Shown: positions 24,926 to 36,400 of the stretch, piece after piece
Numbering within the stretch: position 1 is the first letter of the stretch
Layout: each line of letters opens with the position of its first letter
Origin: a virus
Taxonomy: Duplodnaviria > Caudoviricetes
IMG/VR virus record: IMGVR_UViG_3300037067_006113
Location: 51,272 to 115,271 of that record
DNA: 64,000 nucleotides
Reading direction: 5' to 3' (one strand)
Notes under the pieces: generated by a model
Database searches by the model: none
Seen by the model: the letters and a program-made list of their open reading frames with translations, nothing else
Told to the model about the DNA's origin: nothing
Translations under genes and position numbers: made by a program

Positions 24926-24954
24926 ATAATAGGCTCACAATGTCATAAAGTCAA
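24926..24954 (-). promoter_or_regulatory. promoter TTGACT-17-TATTAT, leaderless
   Basis: -10 ends 6 nt before ATG 24919. Confidence 0.6.
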
Positions 24955-24959
24955 TACTT

Positions 24960-25844
24960 TTATTTTTCGCCTCCTTTTTTAATTTTGTTAAAAATAGTCA
25001 AAATACTCATACATAGTTTATATGAAGTAGTATCTTTGACTTCTAAGTACTTCTTATACGGACCCTCCAACTGCTTATCCCACTCAATCTTAGCTTCATT
25101 AACGGCAACTTCCGTTGCTACCTTTGCCTTTTCCTCTGTTTCTTCCACGGCTATTTTTACCGCTTCCGCCTTTTGATTTTCCCATAATTGTTTCTCCTTT
25201 TCAAAATTACTTGACAAACTTTCTTGCAATTTTCCTTTTTCTGTGTTACAATCCGTAACTGTCACATATTGACCAGAATGTAACTTCAGATCCGATCCAT
25301 GCATTTCCTTGATTACGTCAAGGTGCGTTTCGGAATTTTGGTAACCAATACTCACCAGATATTCCTTGATTGGTATACCGTAATTATCCGCTGGTTGCGG
25401 TTGAATCGGATCTGAAATCACGCCAATATATGGTGTTTGATCTATAAATCCATTATAACCATTATTTCTATTTCTTGGAAGACGATAATATCCGATATGT
25501 AGGTGAGGACCAGTAGAAGCTCCAGTATTATTAGATACTCCTATTTCTTGTCCTTCTTTTACTTTATCTCCTACTTTCACCGATAATGATTTCATATGAC
25601 CGAGGACTGATCCTTCTTTATCGTTTTCTATTTTCACATATTTACCGTATCCATTAGTATCATTCGCAGATTCTATTATTGTTCCATCATGTGGAGCTAA
25701 AACTCTAGTACCTGTTGGTAATCCATAGTCTATACCATTATGTCCAAGTAAATTCCACTGAGCATAGTAATCTTTCCCATCAATAATGAGCTTATTTCCG
25801 AACGTTTGTGTAATTATAAAATCTTCATCAAAAGGTTTTCGCAT
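24960..25844 (-). CDS. M23 peptidase endolysin with C-terminal coiled coil
   Basis: HNGID, GYGKYV.I, GH, V.VGD.V..GQ.IG, TG.STGPHLH. Confidence 0.85.
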   Translation of the reverse strand: MRKPFDEDFIITQTFGNKLIIDGKDYYAQWNLLGHNGIDYGLPTGTRVLAPHDGTIIESANDTNGYGKYVKIENDKEGSVLGHMKSLSVKVGDKVKEGQEIGVSNNTGASTGPHLHIGYYRLPRNRNNGYNGFIDQTPYIGVISDPIQPQPADNYGIPIKEYLVSIGYQNSETHLDVIKEMHGSDLKLHSGQYVTVTDCNTEKGKLQESLSSNFEKEKQLWENQKAEAVKIAVEETEEKAKVATEVAVNEAKIEWDKQLEGPYKKYLEVKDTTSYKLCMSILTIFNKIKKGGEK

Positions 25845-25846
25845 AT

Positions 25847-26173
25847 TTATTTACTCCTAATATCTTCTATGTAATTATGCATTTTCATTATAACAAAAAA
25901 TACACCAGTTATGCCAACTAATCTCAAAAAATTAACTGTGTTTTTATCAAAGTTAGTGGCGAAAAATGGCTTTAATATACTAATTAATGCGATACCACTG
26001 AAATTATTTGAAATACTATCAGAAACTAATAGTCCATATATAATTAATTGACTTGCCGCCCATGCAATGAAGTAATTTGGCGCTTTTCTAACAATTCCAT
26101 GTATTAGGAAGTATAAATTCCATAGTAATATATATAAAGACACTGCATAATCACTAATTATTAAATCTGGCAT
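25847..26173 (-). CDS. membrane protein (lysis region)
   Basis: multiple TM helices. Confidence 0.6.
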   Translation of the reverse strand: MPDLIISDYAVSLYILLWNLYFLIHGIVRKAPNYFIAWAASQLIIYGLLVSDSISNNFSGIALISILKPFFATNFDKNTVNFLRLVGITGVFFVIMKMHNYIEDIRSK

Positions 26174-26182
26174 AGTTTTATA

Positions 26183-26743
26183 TTAACCTTTTGCGATTTT
26201 TCTAATGCTTTTTTGTATTTCTTTGTCTTTTCTTTGATTATTTCCACCATTTTTTATGGTATGCCATAGTGCTAAACTACGTACAGTAATACTCTTTTGG
26301 GTGTGTCTACCATTAATTCTACCTTTAGATTCTAGTAGTTTTGATTGGTAAACTAGATTTTTTGGTATATATCTTTCAGAAAGTTCCCAAAGTCTCCATA
26401 TTGTAACTGCACTGGTTAAAAACTGTAAAAATATAAGTGTTCTTAATACAAATGGTGTTAACTGATATTCTAATTCATTAATTCTTAAATGCACACTCTT
26501 AGGAGAAAAATGAATAAATAAAATGGTATTTATTAATGCCATTAGTAACGACCATGCCTGAAAATTCAGTAGTGACTTCTTATATCTCCAAAATACAAAT
26601 AATGCCAAAGACAATGAGGCTATAAAAAGAGCCAAAGAGGCATCTTCCCACGAATGGTATGGTTTATTAGTCATTAACAGTAAATTAGTATCAATCAGTC
26701 GTTGAAGTATCATTTTTACTATCCTCTTTCTTGGGTGATTCAA
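26183..26743 (-). CDS. membrane protein (lysis region)
   Basis: 3 TM helices, basic C-terminus; true start may be ATG 26674. Confidence 0.6.
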   Translation of the reverse strand: MNHPRKRIVKMILQRLIDTNLLLMTNKPYHSWEDASLALFIASLSLALFVFWRYKKSLLNFQAWSLLMALINTILFIHFSPKSVHLRINELEYQLTPFVLRTLIFLQFLTSAVTIWRLWELSERYIPKNLVYQSKLLESKGRINGRHTQKSITVRSLALWHTIKNGGNNQRKDKEIQKSIRKIAKG

Positions 26744-27020
26744 GTTTCTTCTGAATAAAGGCTAACACATAAACTATGAAATATCCACCTAGAAATGCCC
26801 ATACAAAATTATTATCAAATAATAATGCGCCAGTTACACTAACAATAATGGCTCCTAATAAAGAGCCATCGTTCCACCAAGATCTGAAGTTGGCTTTGTA
26901 TCCACCTCGGATCGAAAGTCTGGTAAGTCCAGCTAATACACCTGTAATAATATATAAGATTATAAGTTCTGGTGTATATGTTTTTTGCAGAAATAACTGC
27001 TTTAAAAATTCTTCTGTCAT
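26691..27020 (-). CDS. holin-like membrane protein
   Basis: 3 TM helices, charged C-terminus. Confidence 0.55.
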   Translation of the reverse strand: MTEEFLKQLFLQKTYTPELIILYIITGVLAGLTRLSIRGGYKANFRSWWNDGSLLGAIIVSVTGALLFDNNFVWAFLGGYFIVYVLAFIQKKLESPKKEDSKNDTSTTD

Positions 27021-27022
27021 AA

Positions 27023-27292
27023 TTATTTTCTCCTTATTTTTTTCAAAATTATATCTATTCTATAATCATAGATACTAATGGGGTTTTTATCAAGTTCCAA
27101 TGCAATATCTTTCTGTTCCAAATCAGCGAGATCAGGTTCATATACTCCAGATTCATTTTTTATCCAATTAATTATTAATCTCTCTGTTTTTTCTTTATCC
27201 CCAATCCATTGGTTTAGGTGCATATTACTATGAACACGACCTTCTATTGTCCCAATGATTTTTCCTGTTTCTTTTTCATAAAATATAATCAT
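27023..27292 (-). CDS. small tail-fibre-associated protein (XkdW/YorP-like position)
   Basis: MIIFYEKETGKIIG start; follows tail-tip genes. Confidence 0.55.
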   Translation of the reverse strand: MIIFYEKETGKIIGTIEGRVHSNMHLNQWIGDKEKTERLIINWIKNESGVYEPDLADLEQKDIALELDKNPISIYDYRIDIILKKIRRK

Positions 27293-27325
27293 ACTAAATC
27301 CTCACCCTATATTATAGAACAAATC

Positions 27326-28411
27326 CTAAGTAAATTTTAGTTCATTTTTAAACACAAAGAATTTTATATTAAAAGTAATACTTGCATCAGTAAAACCAGT
27401 TTCTTCCGCGTAGAATACTATATCAGTTGTTGTTACTTTATAAGTTATTCTCCATGACGTTGTTGCACCAAATCCATAACTTGGCATGTATTCCCATTCT
27501 CCAGTTGGCAATTGAACAAAAGCCTCCACATATGGATAGTATCCAAGATTATGATTATAAGTAGCTGAACCTGCAACATAATCGTAGTCTATTTCTATTG
27601 TTATTGCTAGTGTGCCACTTGTATGATACTTCAATGTTCCGAAGTTTGAGTTAAAAATGAAATGGCTCGGATTGAACGCTGTTAATACATCATAAGTTGG
27701 TTTTGTGACAAAAACTCCATATAATGACGATTGCAAAAGATATGCCTTAGCAGTACATGTTCTTGTTCGAGTAGTAGGAGTAATATTTCCTGTCAGATCT
27801 CCTTTCGCACCAACAGTTTTAGGTACTGCATTTCTTATATCTGCCTTAACCGTGCATGTTTGCGTAGTAGTAGAAAGTGGTGGGGTATATGTTACTTCTA
27901 ATAATGCACATTTTGAGTGGTTTCTATCAACAGCATATACATCACCAAAACTACTACTACCATTCTCTTCCATAAGAAAACCCATAGCATTACCAGAAAC
28001 CCAACCACCTCTATTAACTATTTCTTGAACAATAGTACTTAAATCCACACTTGTATCAGTATGTCCTACCTCTTTTTCTATAGTAAAACTCCAACTTTTA
28101 TTAGCTGTAGTATGATCTCTTCCAAATGGACTAGTATCAAATGTTGCTGTATTATCCTCGTCTATTCCATATACTTTAACTTTTACATCTGCGTCGTCAT
28201 CAAAAAGATTTGTACCTGCTGACATTACTGTTATTCGAGCGTCAGAAATTATAGAATCTTTTGGAATAGTTACATTAATAAACCTAAAAGCTGGTTCCCA
28301 AGGCCAAGAAGCAAAACCGATACTTATTTCATCTGTTTCTTTACTCCAATTTCCATTAGCTAAGAATCCGTCGTCATGACTTTCGGCTACATGTGCTGAA
28401 AAACTTGCCAT
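27326..28411 (-). CDS. tail tip / receptor-binding protein
   Basis: DNRLRE/CBM96-like N-domain (FRF.NVTIP..S.I..A...IVQEIVNRGGW.SGNA), repeat linker, shared C-domain; start ATG 28411. Confidence 0.65.
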   Translation of the reverse strand: MASFSAHVAESHDDGFLANGNWSKETDEISIGFASWPWEPAFRFINVTIPKDSIISDARITVMSAGTNLFDDDADVKVKVYGIDEDNTATFDTSPFGRDHTTANKSWSFTIEKEVGHTDTSVDLSTIVQEIVNRGGWVSGNAMGFLMEENGSSSFGDVYAVDRNHSKCALLEVTYTPPLSTTTQTCTVKADIRNAVPKTVGAKGDLTGNITPTTRTRTCTAKAYLLQSSLYGVFVTKPTYDVLTAFNPSHFIFNSNFGTLKYHTSGTLAITIEIDYDYVAGSATYNHNLGYYPYVEAFVQLPTGEWEYMPSYGFGATTSWRITYKVTTTDIVFYAEETGFTDASITFNIKFFVFKNELKFT

Positions 28412-28412
28412 A

Positions 28413-28820
28413 CTATATCGCCTCCAGACAAAAATACCTAACTTTAATAGTTCTCTCACTTGTATCGGTATTATTAAATGTAAATATTATATTAGTAGCG
28501 TCTGATTTTATTGATAAAAACTTAACTCCTGTACCAAATATACCTACCTTTCCACTATACCAATTAATATCTTCTGAATTTGGTGGGAATACCTCACTTT
28601 CTGCGTCGTCTTTAGCAAAAGCTGTTACTAATGGAGTAAATAGCATTTCATGTATTTCAGTAAATACTTGATTATCAGTACTAGCCGTCAGAACGCATGT
28701 TTTAATTCCAGTTTTTACAATCTTGAATGTATTATAATCCGAATGGAATACAAAATTGTTTGGATCTGTTTCTGTGGTAACATCTTTAGTTTTTTTTGTA
28801 ATTGCAATTATGTAACTCAT
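28413..28820 (-). CDS. tail tip protein (stand-alone shared C-domain)
   Basis: Similar to C-termini of both neighbours. Confidence 0.65.
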   Translation of the reverse strand: MSYIIAITKKTKDVTTETDPNNFVFHSDYNTFKIVKTGIKTCVLTASTDNQVFTEIHEMLFTPLVTAFAKDDAESEVFPPNSEDINWYSGKVGIFGTGVKFLSIKSDATNIIFTFNNTDTSERTIKVRYFCLEAI

Positions 28821-29851
28821 GATATTTGATCATAAAATATATAATACTTAAATGTTTTTGCACTATCTGTGTTGTTCCAAAGTGTTAAATATGTATTACC
28901 TATAGTAAAATAGACACTTGGAAATGTAGGACTATCGTAAGTACTTATAGGTTGACCATAAGATTTGGTATATACACCAGTTGTTTCTTCAACAAATACC
29001 AATACAAACGGTATATATGCTAATCCATGTGCTATTTCTACATAGTCTGTAGCTGGTACAGACGTACTTCCCCTCGTTTTTTCTTTAATTAAAACATTAT
29101 CATATGTATCGTCAGCGACTGACCATAACGCGAAATTATCTAATTCCGTTTCAGTGCCAGCGTCATATCCAGGTAGTGCTACCTTAATTCCATAACTACT
29201 ACCTATTTTACCAATAATAACCTGATCATTTGTAGTATCGTTGACTACTATTACACCATTATCTAAATCAAAGTATGTTTTTCCATTGGCCGACGATATC
29301 CTACCTGTAGTGACAACATCACCGTCAATAGTTGTTCCTTTGGGTATAAATGGATAAACATTGCATTTACCAGTTCCAACTGCTACTGGATCTACTATTA
29401 CAAGTGGTATATTTGTAGAACTTTGTGCTGTACTTTCATGCGGAGTTTTCTTCAATGTAGAAGTTTCATCAAAGTAAATATAATTCTTCTCAGTTAGATC
29501 ACCTGTAGTACCAGCATTTATTGAAGTTATAGTACCATCTGCAAAAACTATTACTCCAGCCGACCATGAACATGTATTCTCATCATCTGGTGTCCATACA
29601 ATATCTTCCGCGTATCTTTTATTTCCTATAACAAGTTTATCAGTAGTTACAATTAGTGCGGATAATCCTTCAGTAGTTATATAACCACCATCAATTAATG
29701 TTTGACCAATAGAATTGTAAACATATATTTTTCCGTGATATATTATTAACTTTGTAGGTTCACCTGGATCTCCTATACAGACTCTTTCAACAACTTCTTC
29801 ACCACCAGCTAATCTAGACGCACTTTTTATTTCATCTAATAATCCACTCAT
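28817..29851 (-). CDS. minor tail protein
   Basis: N-part paralogous to 29848-30498; C-domain shared with next two genes. Confidence 0.7.
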   Translation of the reverse strand: MSGLLDEIKSASRLAGGEEVVERVCIGDPGEPTKLIIYHGKIYVYNSIGQTLIDGGYITTEGLSALIVTTDKLVIGNKRYAEDIVWTPDDENTCSWSAGVIVFADGTITSINAGTTGDLTEKNYIYFDETSTLKKTPHESTAQSSTNIPLVIVDPVAVGTGKCNVYPFIPKGTTIDGDVVTTGRISSANGKTYFDLDNGVIVVNDTTNDQVIIGKIGSSYGIKVALPGYDAGTETELDNFALWSVADDTYDNVLIKEKTRGSTSVPATDYVEIAHGLAYIPFVLVFVEETTGVYTKSYGQPISTYDSPTFPSVYFTIGNTYLTLWNNTDSAKTFKYYIFYDQIS

Positions 29852-30498
29852 GTTTTCTTTCCTATCAAGACTCTGTTAACTGAATCCTCGTCGTTAACAA
29901 CTAATCTATTATTACTTAAATCAAAATATGTTTTACTATCTATTGATTGAACTTTTCCAGTAACAATTTGATCTCCTTTTATTGTTGTTCCACCTGAACT
30001 AATTGGCGTAATAATACATTTTCCACCTGTATCTCCTATCTCAACAATTGCAAGTAATCTCTTTGTATCACCTAAAGCAGATATAATATTGGTTGTAGTA
30101 GCAAGAGTTGAACTATTGTTATAATAAATATATGTAGTTGCAGCAATATTTCCTGTATTTCCAGCTAATATAGTTGTTGTAGTTCCGTCAGCCCATGTGA
30201 TTGTTCCAGCCGACCAAGAACATGTATTCTCGTCTGTTGCTGTCCAAACCAAATCATGAAGAAATCCTTGAGAACTCACAGTTAATTTACTAGCTGTGAT
30301 TGAGTTCGCTAATAGCGCACCTGTCATTACATAACCACCGTCAATGACTGTTTCTCCATTTTCACCATATAAGTACAACTTACCATTATGAATAATAAGT
30401 TCTCCTGGCATACCGTTATCACCAATTTCCATTACATCAATTGGTCTAAACATATTCGGTAATCTACTTCCACTTGGTATTTTTACTTCTGTTGCCAT
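29848..30498 (-). CDS. minor tail protein
   Basis: beta-helix-like LLANSITASKL; DENTCSWSAG shared with neighbour. Confidence 0.7.
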   Translation of the reverse strand: MATEVKIPSGSRLPNMFRPIDVMEIGDNGMPGELIIHNGKLYLYGENGETVIDGGYVMTGALLANSITASKLTVSSQGFLHDLVWTATDENTCSWSAGTITWADGTTTTILAGNTGNIAATTYIYYNNSSTLATTTNIISALGDTKRLLAIVEIGDTGGKCIITPISSGGTTIKGDQIVTGKVQSIDSKTYFDLSNNRLVVNDEDSVNRVLIGKKT

Positions 30499-30510
30499 AT
30501 TATTCTCCTA

Positions 30511-33099
30511 TTAAATATGTGCCTTTGCGGTCACAGTCTGAGTTGAAAATGTACCAATTCTTGCCTTTGCGTCAACTCTCGCGATAGACGGGAATAGGTA
30601 TGGATTAACCATTGTTAATTTCTGCATAAATCCACCATCATCTAATGTCCAATCAATTGTATCAATCATATAATTCTTAAATACACCAGGTAAATATTCA
30701 ACTGAAAGAGTATCACCACAAACAATATATGGAATTCCAATTATTCCTATTTTGAATAAATTTATTGCATCTTGTCGTCTCCATAATTCTTCATATGCAA
30801 TAGCTGTGGCAGCATACTCGTCTTGAACAAAATCATTTTGTATTTCTAAGTCTTGTCTTCCATAATTGGCAATACTCGGATCGTCTGTAGCAGTAACGGA
30901 TATATAGTTTAGAATTCTTGCAGGATTACCACGAATCTGGAATTTTGTTAGATATGCGTCCGTAGCACCATTGTTGACTACTGTTAAAAACACAGCATTT
31001 CCATAGTTTGTGAAGTTAGTAACGGATATATTGTCCGTGAGATCTGTTCCAGTACCATCCTGTAAACTATTGGCTGTGTAATCAGTATTTGCTATTGGAG
31101 TAATAAATAATGTACATGGATCTTCTAAATCCAACCATGCATTTTGACTTCCATTACCAGGTACCATTACTAATGTATCTGAATATGGATCTAAGTATGC
31201 AACATTACCATTATTCCATATTACTTGAACTCCAGCATTGGCTCTTGGTTTAGCTTGAACAGTAACGGCATTCTTAACCTGGTGTTCGGCAACAGAATAA
31301 TCCAATTCAGTAACCCAATCATCTTGAGTTAAAGCAATAACATACGATCTATTATGTAATCTTTCTCTATTCCAGAATTTTAATATACCGTCTCTATCAA
31401 AGAATACTCTACCGCGCTCTGCCGAGGCTATCTCACCCATAATTGGCCATACATTTCGATCTTCAAAATATCCGAAGTTTACCACATGAACTCCAGTATC
31501 AAAACTATATAAAGAAGGATCTAAGTAATCAGTATCTTTCATACCTAGAGCTAGTTTGTATAGTATGACAAGTAATTCCTCACTTCTTTTATCTTCATAT
31601 ACAATTCCATTTGCTCGTTTATTACTTACAATAACTTGATTATCATAACATTCAAAACTACATACTCCAGTCTTAGTATTTGGGTGAATATTCTTAATAT
31701 ATCCAGTAAATAATCTATATGTATATCCACCCATTATTATAGATATTCTAATTGGTACTCTTGGTTTCAAATACGCATAAATTGGTGATAGTGTGTTACC
31801 TGGAGTAAATCTACCAGTGGTATTATCTACTTCTATGTCTAAAGTTGCAGCTACACCTTCGCCAGATTCATCTGACATTTGTTCATTACCTTGAGCACTT
31901 ATAAAATAATCGGTTTCGTCAGTCCAAGTTATTCCATCCCATTGCATTTTGACTTCTACGTCTATTACGCGTGCCACTTTATTAACCTCGTCTATAAAAG
32001 ATTGTGAAGGATATATATTTGCTCTTGCAAAAGCTGTTCGTGTTGTTGTTGAAAATATATCTATTTTTGCTTTAGCAGTTACCGTTCGAGTAGTTAATAT
32101 GCACATATTAGCTTTTGCGGTAACTGTACGTGTAGTTGTTACTCGTATATTGGCTTTAGAAGTGATAGTTCTTGTTATTACTTTAAATATACTTGCCTTT
32201 GTAGTAATTGTTCGTGTTTTAGTTGCTCGTATATTAGCTTTTGAGGTAACAGTTTTTGTTAATGATATTTTTATTCTAGCTTTAGAAGTGGTTGTTCTAG
32301 ACACACTTCCTGGTACACAAGCTTTAGCTGTTACTGTTTGTGTTTTGCTTACTTTAATTCTACCTTTAGCAGTTACAGTGTTTGTTCTTGGTTGTTGTAA
32401 TCTGGATTTAGCTGTAGCAGTTTTACTTTCTATAAATAACTGATATTGTTCGGTCTCAGATAATGCTTTAGAGAAAATTGCAAAATCATCTAATTTATTA
32501 GTTAAGAATTCTGCATTTGCAGAACTTTCACCTGCACACCAATAACAACCTAACCTACATGACGTATTAGTTCCGTATGCATTATAGTATGCCCAAGCAG
32601 TTGTTGCACTCCATACACCATCAATATATATTTTTAGATTGGTACCATCCTGAGTTATAGCAACAAAATGCCATTTATCATCACATACATTTACAGTACC
32701 AGTTACACGAGCAAAATGTCCGGCACCCGAACCTGTGTTTTTCCATGAAGTTAATAGTGGATATCCATTTGCATCATTATTTATATACCATCCACCATAA
32801 TAACCACCATTCAAGCCCATAGCATCAGCTACCAATGTATTTTTGGTTGTACCTTTTATTCTAAACGTCCAAGATACTGCACCTGTTTGTTTCCAATAGG
32901 AATTATTATCAGAAGCGGAAAAAGCGTCATTACTATCAAGATCTACAGCACCTCCATATATACCAGTAGTATCAGCTGGATCGGAAATAGCGGTTAATGC
33001 TGCGTGTCCTTTTGTATCAGTTGTCAGAGCACCACTTTCAAAGCGGTAATATACCTGGCAATAGCCTTCGCTATATAGTGAGTTGGTTATAAGTTCCAT
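30511..33099 (-). CDS. LamG domain + 14-aa repeats + baseplate hub-like minor tail protein
   Basis: WHFVAITQDG..LKIYIDG, LDDFAIFSKALS (LamG); DNTTGRF.P, F.GYI, FFDRDG.L.F (hub). Confidence 0.75.
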   Translation of the reverse strand: MELITNSLYSEGYCQVYYRFESGALTTDTKGHAALTAISDPADTTGIYGGAVDLDSNDAFSASDNNSYWKQTGAVSWTFRIKGTTKNTLVADAMGLNGGYYGGWYINNDANGYPLLTSWKNTGSGAGHFARVTGTVNVCDDKWHFVAITQDGTNLKIYIDGVWSATTAWAYYNAYGTNTSCRLGCYWCAGESSANAEFLTNKLDDFAIFSKALSETEQYQLFIESKTATAKSRLQQPRTNTVTAKGRIKVSKTQTVTAKACVPGSVSRTTTSKARIKISLTKTVTSKANIRATKTRTITTKASIFKVITRTITSKANIRVTTTRTVTAKANMCILTTRTVTAKAKIDIFSTTTRTAFARANIYPSQSFIDEVNKVARVIDVEVKMQWDGITWTDETDYFISAQGNEQMSDESGEGVAATLDIEVDNTTGRFTPGNTLSPIYAYLKPRVPIRISIIMGGYTYRLFTGYIKNIHPNTKTGVCSFECYDNQVIVSNKRANGIVYEDKRSEELLVILYKLALGMKDTDYLDPSLYSFDTGVHVVNFGYFEDRNVWPIMGEIASAERGRVFFDRDGILKFWNRERLHNRSYVIALTQDDWVTELDYSVAEHQVKNAVTVQAKPRANAGVQVIWNNGNVAYLDPYSDTLVMVPGNGSQNAWLDLEDPCTLFITPIANTDYTANSLQDGTGTDLTDNISVTNFTNYGNAVFLTVVNNGATDAYLTKFQIRGNPARILNYISVTATDDPSIANYGRQDLEIQNDFVQDEYAATAIAYEELWRRQDAINLFKIGIIGIPYIVCGDTLSVEYLPGVFKNYMIDTIDWTLDDGGFMQKLTMVNPYLFPSIARVDAKARIGTFSTQTVTAKAHI

Positions 33100-33123
33100 A
33101 TTTGTATACCTCTATCTTTTCAA

Positions 33124-33495
33124 TTAAATCCTACTACTAACTTCAGTTAATGTTAGTGTTACACTTGAATAATAAGTTGAATCACCAACACCAACCATTA
33201 AAGTTCTAGCGGATAGAGTTCCTAGGCAACTTACAGCAGTAGCACTTTGTGGCCATTTACCATAGGTGAAGTTAGCAGCTACTAATCCATTAATAACTGT
33301 TTCTAAGTTATTATAATCAGTAACTGACATATAATCCCATCTCATTGTATATTGGTACTTTCTAGCCATCACGTCGCGTCTAGTTTTACCACCTAATGTT
33401 ATATTGTCCGCAGATATCCATAATGGAGTTATCACCGCTTCACTTGGAAATGGTAATGTGGCCGATCCCCATGTTGGTGCTGAAATATTTGCCAT
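33124..33495 (-). CDS. distal-tail (Dit)-like protein
   Basis: Immediately after TMP; TL.G..RRDV...K, VTLTLTEV. Confidence 0.6.
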   Translation of the reverse strand: MANISAPTWGSATLPFPSEAVITPLWISADNITLGGKTRRDVMARKYQYTMRWDYMSVTDYNNLETVINGLVAANFTYGKWPQSATAVSCLGTLSARTLMVGVGDSTYYSSVTLTLTEVSSRI

Positions 33496-33497
33496 AT

Positions 33498-36400
33498 TTA
33501 CCTTCCTTCCTCAAATTTATCATACTCTTTTATCATTCTAACAAAATTTCTAACCTCACCTCTTGTGGCAATCATTTGGCTTGGTTGTATATAATAATTC
33601 TTGTTTACTGTAGATGAATTCGTTGTAGTAGGTACATTTTCTAGAGAATTGCCTTTTATGGAGGATATCTGTGTCGCTTGATCTGATATATTTGTACTTG
33701 CGTTGCTAACTATGGGGCTAATATCCATATTAGCTGATAAATCAGTATCTGAAATCTTCTTAGCTACATCGTTTAAAGAATCTAGTGCGACAGAACTGAA
33801 ATCATTAATACCAGATTTTAGACCTAACATAATATCTTTTCCGAATCCTGCAAATACTGTAGATGGAGAGTGAATTCCAAGTGCATTCTTTATTCCATCT
33901 TTTATTTTATTCCATATATTATCAAAGTTACCCTTAAGACTATCCCAAACATTTTTTACCCCCTGCCACAAACCGTTTATTAAATCTGCACCCCAACCGT
34001 ATCCTTCTTGCCATATGTATTTCCAACCAGTTTTTATATATTCCAATGCTTTTCCTACTACTCCAGAAAGAAACTCAAATCTTGATTTCATACCGTTAGC
34101 TAAGTTTTCTATTAAAGAGGTTCCTGTACTGTATATTACAGATCCCCATTCTTTAAACCTCTCTATTAGTGCGGTTTGAAATGCATTAGTCAAATCCCTT
34201 CCTTTACTTTTTGCTTCTTCATTATGTCTATCCCAAGTTCCTTGACCAAAAATTGTATCTACAATAAATTTATCAAAAGTATCTCCCATTTCATCTTGAG
34301 CAGCTTTTACACCAGTAAAGAATGCTATAATTGTTCCTACACCAGCATCTTTAGCTTTAGTTTTAGCATCTTCATAAGCCTTACCCATTCGATCCCATAA
34401 ACCACCTGATTCAACTTCTGCTCCAGGAGTTAAAGACTCTTTCATTTGCTTTTGTAGATCTTCTACTTGTTTACTAAATTCTCCATATAACTTATTATAT
34501 GCATCTACAGCATCCTGAGTTACTTCTGGTAATTCTGAAACACCTGCATCTTTCAAACTTTGAACCAAGTCTTTTTCCGCATCTAATTTATCTTGTAGTA
34601 TACTTTCTTCTTCGTTGTATTTTTTTTGTAATTCATCCTTTTCGTCTTTTAGTAAGTCGAGTTTCTTTTGGTCAGAATCTTTAACTTTATCTAAGGCATC
34701 CTGTCTGGTTTTTAGTTCGTCTTCTATTAAGTCGACCTCTTTATCAACAACCGCTGTTCTTCTTTCTAAAGCATTTTTTAGGTCATCTAAATTACTTTCT
34801 GATACATCAACTTGTTGTTGAGCTTCATCGACTATAGCTTCTTGAGCTTTTATTTGTACATCATATGCCTTTGTAACTTTTATCTGTTCTTCTTGAGCAA
34901 GTTCATATGCTACTTGTGCATTTTTTACTCTTAGTTTAGCTGCTCGATAGCTTGCGTCATACTCATCATTTCCTAACTTTTTTTCGGTATCCAATGCTTC
35001 TTGAGCTGCGTCTAAACTCATTTTTGCTAGTTCTACTTCTCCTTTAGCTTTATCTACCGCACTGTCTTTTTCTTTTTCTAATGTACTTAATGTTGCTTTT
35101 TGAGCTGTAAGAATCTTTTTTGCGGCCTTTACAATATCTTCCTGAGCATCTATTTGCTCATTAGCCGCTCTTTTTTCGTCTTCCCATGCTTCTTTCTTTT
35201 GATCTAATATTTCTTGTTGTTTATCAACGGACTTTTGAGCTGATTCCACTTCTTTGTCCATTACTTTTTCGTATTTATCTACAGCATTTTGTTTAGATAA
35301 AAGTTCTTTATCATCCATTTTCTTTTTATCTCTCAATTCTTTTTCTAATGCTTTTTCTTCTTTTTCAGCTAATTCAAGTTTCTTTTTTCTACTTTCTTCT
35401 TGTTGTTTATCTTCTGCTTCCTCTTCTTGAGTTTTAGGTTTTTTACCCGTTGGCGCAGTTGGTGCAGTTGGCATATTTACCTCTGGCATTGAAGGTAATT
35501 TTAATTTTACCCCGAATACTTTTCCAAGAAGATACATAGCACCGGCAACAGCTGCTATAACACCTAGTACAACTATAAATTGAATTGATAATGCCGCCAA
35601 ACCAATTAAAAGAGTTTTTATTCCACCAAGTAAACTACCCATTGCCAATCCAGCAAAGGTCGACGCTTGGCCAAATACCGTCATTCCAGTAGCTGCTATG
35701 GTGGAAATTTGAGCAGTTGTTCTTAATGCTACTAATGCTTTACCAGACATAGTGATAAAAGTAACTAAACCAGATAATGGACTAACAAATAATGTGGTAA
35801 GGAGTAATACTAAAGGACCAATTAATGCCGCTAAACTAGCAAACAAAAATATTGCAGCTTTAACAATTGGATTAAGTGCTGCCCAACCTTTAGCTAAATT
35901 AGTTAGCCCAGTAACAGCTGTTTTCAAGAAGTAATTAACGTATGGAGCTAAATCCTTACCAACTGCATATCCTACTGCTTTAACTGAATTACCAAATACA
36001 GTCATTGTTCCTGATAAACTATTTGCTTGTGTTGCAAAATCGGCTGATAATAAAGTACCATTTTCAAATTCTTGGTTAGCTCGTTTTTGTAAATCAATTA
36101 ATAGTTCAGTATTTTGTAATAAGGGCAATAGAGCTCTCATTGAGGTTTTACCGAATATTTCCTCAATTTTGTCTACTTCAGCTATTCTTCCACCTATAGC
36201 ACCATATCTATTAACAAGTTCGATTAACACACCCATCATGTCGTTTTGCATTCTGTCACTAATTTCTTTGACACCCGAATCAGCATAACCAAGTGATTGT
36301 GCTACTTTATCGGCATTTTTCGACATATCTAAAAAGATTGTACTTAATTCTGTTCCAGCTCTATTTGCTTGAACACCAGAAGCAACTAATGTTCCAACTA

